Source: Rhina ancylostomus
Taxonomy: Eukaryota
Assembly (NCBI GenBank): GCA_030265395.1
Contig: JARFYF010000046.1
Coordinates: forward strand, 14,808,082 to 14,872,081
Length of the DNA stretch: 64,000 bases
Reading direction: 5' to 3'
In this document: positions 13,079-25,564 of the stretch, in pieces
How the letters are laid out: each line of letters starts with the position of its first letter
Numbering within the stretch: position 1 is the first letter of the stretch
The notes under the pieces: generated by a model
Database searches by the model: none
Told to the model about the DNA's origin: nothing
What the model saw: the letters and a program-made list of their open reading frames with translations, nothing else
Translations under genes and position numbers: made by a program

Positions 13079-13291
13079 CAGTATGATGTAATGCTATCAC
13101 ATGGGGAGGGTGCAGAACAAGAACTGGAAGTCCCAACCTTGATGGCAACTCTCCTGGCAATTTCCCAGCTGCTCACTGATGCAAGACCATGGGTTGGTCT
13201 CCAATTCCCAAGCACTTATCTTGGGGAATCTGCCCTATGAATCAGCATCAAGTTACATCTGGCACAGGAACAGCAATGGAGAGGAAAGACT

Positions 13292-14730
13292 CCAAGAAGT
13301 AGCAGCAGGAAAGGGCTATTTGGCTCACTGAGCCTGCTCTGCCATTCATGAAGATTATACCTGATTTTCTATCTCAGTGCCTTTTTACTCCACTATCACA
13401 TATCTCCTGATCCCCTTAATACCCAGAAATCTTTCACTCTCCATTTTGAAAGAAGTCAGTGACTGAGCTTCCATAGCTGTCCAGGATAAAGAATTCCAAA
13501 GATTCCTCGGTATGAAGAAATTTCTCGTCATTTCAGTCCTAAATGACCTATTCCATATTCTGAGGCCCCAACTCTTAGTTCTAGATTCCCAAACCAAGGG
13601 AAGTATCCTCCCTGCCTCAAGACTCTTGAGCCCTCTAAGAATTTTGTATCAGTGAAATCACCATGCATTTTTCTAAACTCTAGACAATAAAGGTCTAGTC
13701 TACTCAATCTCTCTTCATGTGGTAAACTCATTATCCCAAGAACCAGTTTAGTGACTCTACACTGCACTCCTCTATAGCAAATACATCTATTTTTTTTCAG
13801 GTAAGGAGACTAAATCCGTATACAAACTCCAGCTGTGGATTCTCCTATACNNNNNNNNAAGACATATCTTTATTCCTGTACACAAGTCATTTTGTAATGA
13901 AGGTCAACATACTGTTTGTCTTTCTAATTGCTTGTTACACTAGAATGTTGGCTTTCAATGACTTGTGTAGAAGAATACTTTGGTCACTTTGAACATTTCC
14001 GAATCTCACACCATTTTCTGTTTTGTGAACCAAAGTGGATAACTTTGCATCTTCCTCCATTATATTCCATCTGCCATGTTCTATCCCTCTTACTCAATTC
14101 GTCTAAATCCACTTGAAGCCTCTTTACTTCCTCCTACCTATTCTCAATCACATCTAATTTTGTTTCATCAGTGAACTTGGAGAGGTCACATTTGCCCTCC
14201 TCAGCCAAATCATTGAAACACATCATGAATAGCGAAGGCCACAAACATCAAATCCTGCAGTACCCCTTTCATTAGAGCCCACCAATTTTAGAAGGATACA
14301 TTTATTCCCATTCTTAGCTTCCTGTCCAATTACTAATTCTCAATCCTTGTTGGTACATTATTCCCAATTTCAGAAAATCCAAATATACCCCCTTATCTAT
14401 TTTACTAATACTTTCTCCTTAGATGAAGTAAACATTTTCATAAGTCCATGTTGACACTGCTTAATCCTATTTTTCTTCCCCCCAAAGTGTTCGTTTATGA
14501 CATCCTTCATTATAGATACCAACACTTACTCAACTAATGAAGTTAAACTAACAGATCAGAAGTAGCTCAATTTCTCTCCCCCTCCCTTTTAAGTAGTTGG
14601 GTCACATTTGCCACTCTCCAACCTACAGGATCAATTCCAGAAACTAGAATGTTGGATAATGATAACCAAAACATTCATTATCACTTCTACACCATTTTCA
14701 ATATTCTTGGATTATAGGATAAGCATCAGT
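13292..14730 (-). mobile_element. 5'-truncated, decayed CR1 LINE
   Basis: Minus-strand ORFs 13528-13767 and 13385-13597 give LPHEERLSRLDLYCLEFRK and FRTEMTRNFF..NLWNSL..FKMESERFL; upstream RVANVTQLLK-like motif; 3' UTR near 13300-13380. Confidence 0.9.
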
Positions 14731-14954
14731 TAATTTGGAAGTTTTTGAATTAATTTCGTTTAGTCAAATGGTTTTTAGCATCTAAGTGTCTGAAAATTTT
14801 TTTTATTTAAATGTTTTTCATTGATATTTGATACTTTTTGAATGGAGAGACGTTCTAAAATATTTCAGTTCTTTTCAGGTTTGCAGCCAGCTGAGCTGGA
14901 GTGGGTTCATTTTCACCTTTTTCCCATGGGACAGTATTATATTCTGCTTCATAC

Positions 14955-15378
14955 ATTAGCTTTGTGGTTAAGTTACTTGTCCAGAAGCCGAAGTTCCAGA
15001 CTAGTGAACAAGGTCCACAAGTTCAAACCCCACCCTGGCAGCAGGGTGCTCTTTGAACTTGTCATAAATACATGTAATAAAAATATATCTGAAATTTGAT
15101 TAAAAAAACTAGCATCAACATTATAGGATTGTGACTTGAACCAAACTGGTTCCCTAATATCCTTCAGGAAAGAAAATTCAGCATATTTACCTGGTCAGCC
15201 CTATATGTGACTCTAGTCCCATTAATGCAGTTGACTTTCCATAGAGCCATAGAACAATACAGCACAATACAGGCCCTTCGGCCCACCATGTTGTGTCTTT
15301 CAACTGCCTTGTAATTCATTTAGCAATGGAGAATTTATTCCAGCATTGCCATCAACATCCACGACTAAATAAAAAAAA
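14955..15378 (+). mobile_element. tRNA-head SINE interrupted by a short LINE tail
   Basis: A-box TGTGGTTAAG, B-box AGTTCAAACCC, core CTGGTTCCCTAATATCCTTCAGGAAAGAAAAT..TACCTGGTCAG, A-rich end. Confidence 0.75.
15240..15296 (-). mobile_element. 57-bp 5'-truncated CR1/HER1-type 3' end nested in the SINE
   Basis: Reverse complement ATGGTGGGCCGAAGGGCCTGTATTGTGCTGTATTGTTCTATG matches the tails at 39900-39944 and 52100-52157; flanked by CTTTC at 15235-39 and 15297-301 (TSD). Confidence 0.8.
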
Positions 15379-15724
15379 TTGTAAGGCCTTGTCATTATAG
15401 ATCTGGAAACCTCTAACAGTGGGTCAACATTATAGGCTCTGCAAAGTGCTAGTGTTTATTTATCATGTAGGTCAATAGCAAGTGTGGGTGCCTTATCACA
15501 GGTAACAATGTTCAGTTCTATTACATTGTTATATTTCAGGAATGTTTTGCTGTACATGCAAATTGATGCTAATAAGTGCACTTTGATTCTGTCAGTTAAA
15601 AGACTGCAAATAATAAGCAATTTATTGACTTGGCTTGGCAATTGGAAACATCACCTCCATTATGTGGGGTATCCACTATTCCATTTTTGGAAAAAGCATG
15701 TTGATTAAAAAAAGAGAGAACAAA

Positions 15725-16043
15725 AGTCGGAGTCGTACAGTATGGAAAGAGGCCCTTTGACCCATCGAACCGTACTGACTGTCAAACACACATTTATACT
15801 AATTCCATTTTATTCTCCCCACATTCCCACCAACTCACCAGAGATTCTACCATGCACCTGCACACTAGGGGCAATTTAAAGTGGCAAATTAACCTACCAG
15901 CATGCATGTGGGAGGAAACCCAGGTACCTGGGGAAAACCCATCTGGTCACAGGGAGAATGTGCAAACTCCACACAAAAAGCGCCAGAGATCAGGATTGAA
16001 CCCAGGCTTCTAAAGCTCTGTTGGCTGTACCACCATGTCACCC
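15725..16043 (-). mobile_element. V-SINE (HE1-like), near full length
   Basis: Reverse complement: tRNA-like head with B-box GGTTCAATCCT, V-domain TGTGTGGAGTTTGCACATTCTCCCTGTGACC..GGGTTTCCTCCCACA, CR1-derived tail GATGGGTCAAAGGGCCTCTTTCCATACTGTA. Confidence 0.85.
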
Positions 16044-16829
16044 CATCTTAGTATGGTATAGGCTCAGAAGGAATCAACGGGGCATTTAGTATCTTGCCTG
16101 ATGTGCTTTTGTATTGAACATTCAATACATTTATTTTCACTGACAGCTTCATTTAAAACTTCATGAACTGCATTCAAATGAAGTCCAGCTGCATAGCAGC
16201 TGTTGACAGAGCAAAATAAGCATACAATGAAGAAAAAGGCACATACCTGACATTTTGCATTAGAGCAGTCCCACATATTTTATACTCTGGATATTTTTCA
16301 ATTTTATCTGTTACTGTGAAGTAATTACTGCTTTCTGAGTTGGGTGGAACTTTAAACACAGTTAACGTTCGGATTGATGAAAGGCCATTAACCCAAAACT
16401 TTAATTCTGGAGCACTGAGGATTTACACAACATTGACAAATCTACTTACCAAAAGTAAGCAAGCCCATTGTAAGTTGTGATGTGCTGGAGTATTGCCAGA
16501 TCATAGGAAAACCTGCATAATACAGCCAAAGGGTCACATGCTGAGCTGATTGTAGAAGAGACATATGCAGACCATCAGGAATGTGGATTCTTAATCAGAA
16601 TGCTTAACTTGCATCAGCAGCATTGTAGGTTCACTGAACTCAGCAATACCTGCCTGCATACATTTCCCTTTAGGTAAAGCAAAATACTAAATTGCCAGTT
16701 TGTAGCAGCAGGTAAATACTAAATCAAAGATTTTCTGCAATCTCAGCAGATAAAAGGCCAATAAATGATTAATTCATGAAAAAGCTATTCTGTTTTGGAG
16801 CCACTTAATCCTCAAAGAAACATCGTTCT

Positions 16830-19440
16830 AATGGAATATTTCAGGAACAACAATTCAACCTATTAGAATAGTTCAAATTCATTGTCTCACCAGAATGTTT
16901 CAGGGGTAATCATCAACACAAACAAGAATCTGTCAAGATATAATACAACATTATAAATTGTCCCAGAAACCTTCGATACATGGCTCAACAAAAGAATCCT
17001 TCACTTCAAAGAAAGATTCAGCTACATCTTCCTTACCATCCAAACAGGTAAAAGTCCTTCATCACAGTAGAAAGTTTACTTAAAATTCATCCAACAACAA
17101 TATAAATCAAATACAACCAAAATCTCAACTCAAAGTTTCAGGTATAATCCACTGTCATAATCCTTCCACCTCTCAGAAACCAGTTATCAGCATCATGCAG
17201 GTACAATTCAACAACCCAACAAAATTTTTCAATTGCAAATATCATCAGCATTGCAAAAAAATGTTTTAGGTACAATCCTATACCACAAAACAATATTCAG
17301 GTACAATCAAAATTCATTGTTGTCATCCCAAGAAAAATATTTCAGGTGCAATCCATCACTGTCATCCTAACTTAATATTTCAGGTAGAATCCTTCATCCT
17401 AGCAAAATATTTAAGGTACAAACACTATCATCACTTCAACACAAAGTTTCAGGAACAATTCATCAATGTCATCCCAACAGTATGTTTTAGCCACCATCCT
17501 TAATCCCAACTGAATATTTCAAGTACAATCCTCCACCAACAATTCCTACACAATGTTACAGGTAAAATTCCATCATCATCACTGTAACAGACTGTTTCAG
17601 GTAAAATCAGACAGCTGAACAAAAAGACGTTTCAAGTATAATCTACACAATTATCTCAACAGAATCCATCAGGTAAAAACCATCAGCAGAACCCCAACAG
17701 GATGTTTTAGGTATGTTTCACCACACAACAGATAAATACAGCAATCAGTTCAAATTAATGTTTCAGAGGCAACCTATAATAACAAAATAATGTTTCAGGT
17801 ATAATTCTTCTTTCCAACAGAATGTTTCAGATTAAAGCCNNNNNNNNNNNNNNNNNNNNNNNNNNNNNNNNNNNNNNNNNNNNNNNNNNNNNNNNNNNNN
17901 NNNNNNNNNNNNNNNNNNNNNNNNNNNNNNNNNNNNNNNNNNNNNNNNNNNNNNNNNNNNNNNNNNNNNNNNNNNNNNNNNNNNNNNNNNNNNNNNNNNN
18001 NNNNNNNNNNNNNNNNNNNNNNNNNNNNNNNNNNNNNNNNNNNNNNNNNNNNNNNNNNNNNNNNNNNNNNNNNNNNNNNNNNNNNNNNNNNNNNNNNNNN
18101 NNNNNNNNNNNNNNNNNNNNNNATAAAAGCCATCATGGTCCCAAAAAATTCTTCAGGTTCAAACATCATCATCTTCACAATATGTTTCAGATACAATCTA
18201 TCATCCAAATGAATATTTATTGTTCAATCCTTCATCAAAACAGAATATATCAGGTATAATAAATCTTCATAATCGCAAAGTACATTTCAGACGCAATTCT
18301 TAATCTCAACAGAACTTTTCAGGAAGAATGCATTATCCCAAAACAATGCTCATGATATAAATTTGTCATCATCCAAATAGAACTTTCTTTTTTAAAGTGC
18401 AATTCTACATCCAAGTAGTTTGTTTCAGGTGCAAACCATCACCACCTTCATCATCACTGTCTAGCAGATCATGTCAGGCACAAACATCATTATTGGACAT
18501 CATTTAGGTACAACCCTTTATACCAACAGAAGCTTCAGGAATAAACATATCATGAATCCCACAAATGAATGCTCTAATCATGATCCTTAATCCAAACAAT
18601 GTTTCATCTACACACATAATTCAAAAATTTCCATCGGATACAAAAAACTAATTCCAGCAGAACAATTCAGTTATAATTCATCATTTCCATAACAGAACAC
18701 CATCATTGGAACAATATATTTCAGGTATAATCCTTGATCCAAACAAGGTGCTTCAAGTACAACCATTTTTGAACTTCCCAAACAGAATGAATCAGGCACA
18801 ACTATAATTATCTACTGTACAGAATTTATCAGGCACTACCCATCATCCTGTCACCACAATAGGATGTTTCTTGGACTGTCTTTGACCCTTGCAATTTTTT
18901 TCCATTTACAAACATTGTTCAGAAAATGATTCCACTGCAATTCTTTATCACAGCAGCAAATATCACAAAAGCGTATTTCAGGTACAATCCTTGTCCCCAA
19001 CAAAAAAATGTTCAAGTACAAACATTATTGTCATTACAGAATGTTTTAACATCCCTTTTCAGATACAATTCATCATACAAAATCAAAATTTCATATACAA
19101 TAATTCAATACATTTCATCAGAATGTTCCAGGAGGAATCCTTGCTCCAAGCAAAATATTTCAACTACAAGCACCATACAAAAAGAGTTTCTGGTAAACCA
19201 TTCATGCCAATAAATTACTGCAGGTAAAATCCATCTTCCTAACAGAAAGTTTCAAGTACAAATCTTCATCCCATCAAAGGGATTCAGGTTCATTTCATTA
19301 TCTTCTCTACAGAATATGCCAGGTATAGTCAATCATCACAAAATAATGTTTTATTTAGAATCTATCATTATCAATCGAGTAAGACAGGCCAGGTTCAATC
19401 CATGATCCCCACAGAATGCTTCAGATACAATCCACCATCT
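16830..19440. repeat. Degenerate tandem minisatellite, 31-39 bp units, consensus about AACAGAATGTTTCAGGTACAATCC(ATC)nATCCC; contains an N gap at 17840-18122
   Basis: TTTCAGGTACAATCC-like cores recur at about 17267, 17298, 17343, 17381, 17413, 17450, 17488, 17520, 17559, 17598, 17633, 17670, 17708 and continue after the gap to about 19430. Confidence 0.9.
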
Positions 19441-19442
19441 CA

Positions 19443-22150
19443 AATGAGCAAGTGTAGGCCATTCAGCCCATTGTGCCCACTTCAGTATTTCATAAATTCA
19501 TGGCTGACGCTATTGTATATTAACCCTATTTCTCTTAATTTATGAAAAACTAGCCTTCTCTACCTTGAATATATTTAGCCACTGAACAACTACAGCCTCC
19601 TTTGGTAGCCAGTTCCAACGATTTACCAACTGATGGGTGAAGAAATTTCTCAACTCCATGCGGATTGGCTGACCCCTTATTGAGAGACTGTGACACGTGG
19701 TTCTAGGCAACTCAGCAAGGGAAAGCAACAACTCTGTATCCACCCCATGAAGATACTTAAGCATTTTGCACATTTCCGTGAGATCACCTTCCGTTTTTTT
19801 AAACTCACAGCCATTGTCCCATTATCCTTAATCTCTGCCACAGTGGTTAAATTACCAGCCTAGAATTCCAGAGGTCCGAGTTCAAATCCCATCTACTAAA
19901 GTGGATGGCCTCACCATTTTTCGCGCTATGTTCCTTTTGCCATACATTTGCCCATTCACTTAGCCTGTCCATTTCCCACTGAAGCATCTTCACAGCTATA
20001 TTACTCTTGATTCCTTCATCCAAATCACTGACATAGACTGTGAACAGATGAGGCCCGAGAATTGTTCCCTCCACCAGTTACAGCCTCGTTAACTTAACTT
20101 GACTCCTTTATTCCATCTCTGTTTTCTGTCCACACCAGAGTATTTCCCCTAATAACACATGCTCTGATAACAGCTTCTTGTGTGGCACCTTATTGAAGGC
20201 CTTCTGGAAGCCCAGGTACACTACTGCAATTCTTTTGTCCTTATCTATTCTACTTGTTACAACCTGAAAAGATTCCAACAGATTTTTCAAACTTTACTTT
20301 GCTCCACATTGACTCCAAGAGCCCTGTTACCACGACTTTAATAATAGATTCTAACATTTCAGGCTAATTGATCTCTAGTTCCTTAAAATAGCACATTACA
20401 TTTGCCAAGTCCAAATCTGTAAGGGCCATTGTAGAATCTATGAAACTATGGAAGATGACAGTCAGTGTATCTATAATGGCCACCTCCTTTAAAATCCCAG
20501 GATGCAGGTCATCAGGTCCGGGGGATTTATTGCCTTCTGTACCATTAATTTTGTTAATACTAGTTATTTTAATAAAGTTAATTTCTTTGAGCTCCTCAAT
20601 TACTCTAGACCTATAGTCTCCACTATTTATGAGAAGTTTGTATATTTGATTTCTCTGCCATTTCCTCATTTGTCAGAATAATTTATCCTTCTCAGTTTGT
20701 AAGGGGTCACATTATGTTCAGCAAATATTTTCCTTTTTATACCTCTATAGAAGCTCCTGGAGCCTGCTTAATGTTTTTTTGCCAGCCTACACTTTTACTT
20801 TCTTTTTTCTTATGAGTGCCTTGGTGTTCCTTTGTGGATTCTGATTATTTTTTCCAATTCTCATGTTAACTATTTTTTAGCAATGTTATAAGCCTTTTCC
20901 TTTGATCTAATACTGTATTTAATTTCTTTTGACAGATATAACAGGATCATTTTGCTTGTTTTATTTTGCCTTATAAAAGAATACGTACTAATTCTTTCAA
21001 AGATAGCCTTTACTTATTGTCTTTGTTTTTACTGTAGCTTCTCAGTTTACCATAGCCCCCTCATGCCTCATACCTTCCCAACCTGCTTTACTCAGATTTA
21101 AGACCTTGGTTTCAGGTACTTCGCTTCATATCTTTACATTAAATACTGATCATGGGCACTGCCAAACCGTCAATTAATCCTTTCTCATCGCACAATATTT
21201 ATTTCTCATATTTTCTTACAACGTGAAAAGAGGCCATTCAGCCAATCAAGTCTATGCTGCCTCTTGATTTCTTGATTTTCTGAGGTAAGATTCTTCTTTG
21301 CTGCTGCCATTATCCCATTCTTTAGTATCAGGGATTTTTTTTTCCGTTTTGCCCTTCTGTTCTGAAAGCTAAGTAGCCTGGAATATTTAATTCCTAATCT
21401 TGGTCACTTTGCAACAGTGCCCCTGGAAGGGGAGTTGGGTCTTTCCATTTATTTCTATTTGTACCATTAATTCACCCATCTTATTATGAATTTTATATGA
21501 ATTAAGCTGAAGAAATTCCAGTTTTGTATATTTTGCCTTGCTCTGACTCATTGAAAGAATACTCTGATTTTTCTCTTTACTGTCCCTTCCTGATGGACTC
21601 TGGTTATAATTACCCATTTTTGCTATTGCTTTGCCCATTATTTTCAGCTTTCTAAATTTTCCCTCACCAGAACTCTCTTGTTCCCTCATCCCCCAACTAC
21701 TAGCTTGAACCATTATCGATATCGTCTTAGTTATTTGATTGACAAGCCCCAGCCCAAGTCTAGTACTGCCTATCCCAGTTGAACAGCTCCGGATTTCCCC
21801 AGTACTGGCCCCATGAATTGAAACACATGTCTTCCAAACCAGTTTTTCAGCCTCAGATTTAGTTCTCTGATCTTATTTCCCCTATACCAGTTTGCATTTA
21901 AGTAATAATTTGTGGAGCTGCTTTATAAGTTGGACTGCAGTTTTTTGTATTCCTTCAGCAGAACCTTCTGCTTTGCCAACCTGTGTCATCAGTTCCACGT
22001 GGACCATAAAAACTGGATTTTTTTTGTGCTTCCCTCTACAAAGCTCCTCTCCTGCCCTGAGGAGATATCCTTACCCCTGCTACCTGCAGGGAACACACCT
22101 TAAAAACACTGCTCACAGCTGCAGAAAATGGCATCTATCCGCCCCCATAA
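19443..22150 (-). mobile_element. Internally deleted, decayed near-full-span CR1 LINE (ORF1 esterase, endonuclease and RT remnants)
   Basis: Minus strand: ORF1-like VLLKEYKKL and KIRELNLRLKNW (about 21780-22110); EN start LEFLQLNSYKIHNKMGELMVQIEING; NKSPGPDDLHPGILKEVA; AVVYLGFQKAFNKVPH; ILGPHLFTVYVSDLDEG; RNFFTHQLVNRWNWLP; 3' UTR at about 19443-19530. Confidence 0.9.
19836..19893 (+). mobile_element. Isolated tRNA-derived SINE head inside the CR1
   Basis: A-box-like CAGTGGTTAA and B-box GAGTTCAAATCCC at tRNA-like spacing, opposite strand to the host CR1. Confidence 0.55.
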
Positions 22151-23684
22151 CTTCATATGAAGAGAACTGATTATAGTGAAGTAGGGAGAGTAACCTCAAA
22201 AATATAGCCGGATCTTCACTCTTAAATACTCTGTCTACCCTTCCAATGAGTAAACACCTCATAATGTCACAACAAATTAGAGCTATACATTTATTTCAAA
22301 TTATTTTAATTGATCCTTTGAATTATCACCTTATTTTCAATCACTCTCTCAAACAATAAACAACTCAAGCAGCCAGCTCTGTGGAAAGCCTAATTATAGC
22401 GCAGGTCTAAGCCTAGAAAATCATTGGTGTAACATTGTTTTGTGCACTATAGGATGACATAGAAGTGTAAAATCCATTGTGAAATGCAATCAGCATCAAA
22501 CAGCTTACATTGTGCATACTACAGATTTGAAACAACTGCATCTATGTAAGTGACACACCAATGTACCAGTACCATTGTGCACATAGGAATGATGTCAATC
22601 AGCACACAATAGTAATTTGCTGTTGTTGGTGCATCAATGGAGTGTAAATATGTGACAGCACAGCAAGTGGGCTTCAAGTGGGAAACCAGGCTTTGACTGA
22701 AGTTTCACTCAAATGCTTTTTAATGGGTGGGAAGTTATCTGTATTATTGTTTACAGCGCACCAGAGAAGACACTTCCATTGCACCAGTGCAACATGTTGC
22801 GGGTGGGCAGGACCCAAACATTCAGATCATCTTCCAGATGTTCATGTCTACCAGTCAAGCGATGGAAAACCAGTGTGCCCATTCCCATGCCTGATCCAGA
22901 AAGATTAATATCACTCAATTCTGCCCCTCTACTTCTAGCTTACCAGTTCTGTAATTACCTGCAATTAATGCACAAACTGTACCAAAGGCTCAGGAACTGC
23001 ACCACTTATGTGTTTAATATTATGCATGTGCACATGAAAACCATTCCCCCCCCTCCCCCACCCTGGCTCCAGATGAAACTGGCTCAGTCCCCTNNNACCA
23101 CATCACTTTTCTGCAAGGCAGGATTTCCAGGCCATGGACTTTTCATTCAAATGAGTGGATTTATTTTCAGCACATTTCACCCAACGGCAATGAAGGTGGA
23201 CCAGATAACTGTCACTTTGAGCACGGTCAGAAGTAAGCACACTGCAGTTCTGTGATCTTTTGCATTGGTTTAAAAACCATTGTATTGGCAAAAGATCTGA
23301 ACCACAAAACTAAATTAATCACTGTTGTGAGTTCATACTACTGACATCCATTTGCACAGATTCAGAAGACTTTAATTATCATACTGGTCTTTTGGATACA
23401 AGGGCAATAAAGGTACATTTTGAAAGATTTTAGATGTGAATTTGTTTTAATATGTTGATTGAGTAATGTACCTAATAAAACCAGAAAATATTTTTATATA
23501 CACTTTAGAAACTGAATTTCAGTTATTTAAAAAAATACAGTAACTCAGAAGTGACGGATAGAGATTGTGATTACAAGTGGTTGCTTTATTGGATAACTTT
23601 AATTTCAGGAGCCTTAATCAAACCACTCTTATATGTTTGCCATTATTTGTCCAAAACCAGAATAGTAAATGAACTAAGAAGTGG

Positions 23685-24381
23685 AATATTAGTACAAAAT
23701 ATACTTGGCATAACATCTGGAAAACTTTGCTCTAGTTTAGATCCTCGGACTGGAATCAGGGTCCAACTCTACACCTCCGGGGGAATTTATCACCACTTGG
23801 ACTTTCAGCTAATTGTGCTCATTTGCTGATCTTCAAGGAGAAGACTCCAAAATTTAAAGTGTGCCTTTTAAGATGTGAAAAGGCAGATCTTGAAAAACTT
23901 TGAATACTTTTTTTAATTTATGAAAGAAGTTACTACTGTAACTCAGTCAATCTAGAAAATAGTTCCATATATTTTTTAAGTTATTTCCAATGATTTAAAA
24001 TTGAGTTACCCAAAGTTGGGAGATGCAAGCTAATTTAATGCATATTTTTTGATAAACCCTTTCCAGCTATATTAATCATGCTTACCAATTTCATGGAATA
24101 CCTGTTAAAGCTGACTTTTAAAAAATTAACCATTTCCTTGCAAAGCCCACAATAAATTCTGTTTCTGTCATTGGTTCATGTCCCAACAATTATCTACAAT
24201 AAAATGTCCTTTCATTCTTTAGGCAATGATCTTAAATTTATTACTTCTGGTTATTGATTTTGTGGGAGAAAGAAATATTAGTACAAAATATATTTAGCAT
24301 AACACCTTTGCTCTAATTTTAGATCCTCGAGCTGGTACCAGCATCCAACTCCACACCACCAGGGGAATTTATCACCACTTG
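23685..24381 (+). repeat. Local ~110-bp direct duplication (23685-23799 and 24274-24381)
   Basis: AATATTAGTACAAAATATA..GCATAACA..CTTTGCTCTA..TTTAGATCCTCG..TCCAACTC..GGGGAATTTATCACCACTTG occurs twice with scattered differences. Confidence 0.9.
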
Positions 24382-24384
24382 ATT

Positions 24385-24449
24385 GAGCTGCTGAGTTCTT
24401 CCAGAAGATTGTTTGTTGCTCCAGATTCCAGCTTCTGCAGTCTCTTGTG
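24385..24449 (+). mobile_element. Terminal fragment of palindromic Penelope-type element
   Basis: CTGCTGAGTTCTTCCAGAAGATTGTTTGTTGCTCCAGATTCCAGCTTCTGCAGTCTCTTGTG is complementary to the left arm at 4681-4710. Confidence 0.75.
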
Positions 24450-24585
24450 AGTTCATCAACCTATATTTCAAGCACTTCTTCGCAAGTTAAAGACCTGGTC
24501 TATTTTGACCTTTCTTTCTCTAATGGAAATGTAAAGTTCTGTGAATGTGTTGTCACACTTTAAAGCACCAAGTTCCAGAGGGTTC

Positions 24586-25290
24586 AACATAAGAGCAAAA
24601 AAAACGTGAGTAGGAGAAGCTCAAGCCTGCTCCACCACTCAATAAGGTCATGGCTGATCCAGTCTTGGCCTTAATATCATTTTTGCTTTCTCTTCATCCA
24701 CTTGACTCCCTTGTAATTTAAAACTCTGTCAATCTCCAAAATATTCAATGACTTTAGTTCCATAGCTTTCTAGGGCAGAGAATACTAAATGTTCATAACC
24801 TTCTGAGAGAAGAAATTCCTCTTCATCTCCATCTTAAATGAGCAACCTTTTATTGTGAAACTATCTAGAGTACCAAGTTCTACATACTCCTACCAGGGGA
24901 ACTATCCTCTCAATACCTCATAGAATCATATTTGTTTCAATAAGGTCACCTGTTATTCTTCTAAACTCCCTGAAGTATAGACCCAAGCAGATCAAACTTT
25001 CTTCATACTTTAACCCTTTTATCTCGTGGATCAATCTTGCAAGCCTTCTCTGACTCCCTTGCAAGAACATTTTTCCTTAATTAAGGAATCCAAAACAATG
25101 CACTGTATTCCCGGTCCAGTCTCAGCAGTGCCCTATAAAGTAGCATCAAAACTTCCTACTTTTATATTCTATATTCCTTGCAATAAAATAACATTTTACT
25201 GGCCTTCCTTGTTAGTTGCTGTACCTGCATTGATTTTCAGATCCCTATGTACTGCAACATTTTGTAATATTCACTGTTTTCTGTCCCATC
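24586..25290 (-). mobile_element. CR1 LINE 3' fragment
   Basis: Minus strand FKMEMKRNFFSQKVMNI and YEESLICLGLYFREFRRITGDLIETNMIL motifs; 3' UTR similar to 13300-13400. Confidence 0.85.
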
Positions 25291-25564
25291 AACAATCAAT
25301 ATCCTTTGCAGGTCAAATTGTCTACAATATCCGAAAGTTGCCTTATGAGTGACCCAGAAATGGTTAAGGTAACTTGATGTTTTTAATGATCTCTACAAGG
25401 TTTCCTAATATTCAATTAATTTTACATTTCAAACAGTCAGTGGCTATTCCAAATTTTTATTTTACTTCTTTACTTGTCAACAGGTCTTCACATTCCTGTC
25501 ATTACACATTCCAACATGTATCACCTTATTCTTGTCAGTGGAATTTCATTGGACATTCCAATTT

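Noticed and set aside
16830-19440. CRISPR-like repeat/spacer array, or a repetitive protein (ORFs 18889-19227 and 18926-19213)
   Set aside because: Vertebrate context, no cas genes, repeats are degenerate and inter-core segments are related to each other; unit lengths break frame and stops are frequent.
19836-19893. tRNA gene
   Set aside because: A and B boxes are present but there is no convincing cloverleaf or acceptor stem; it matches the SINE heads elsewhere in the window.
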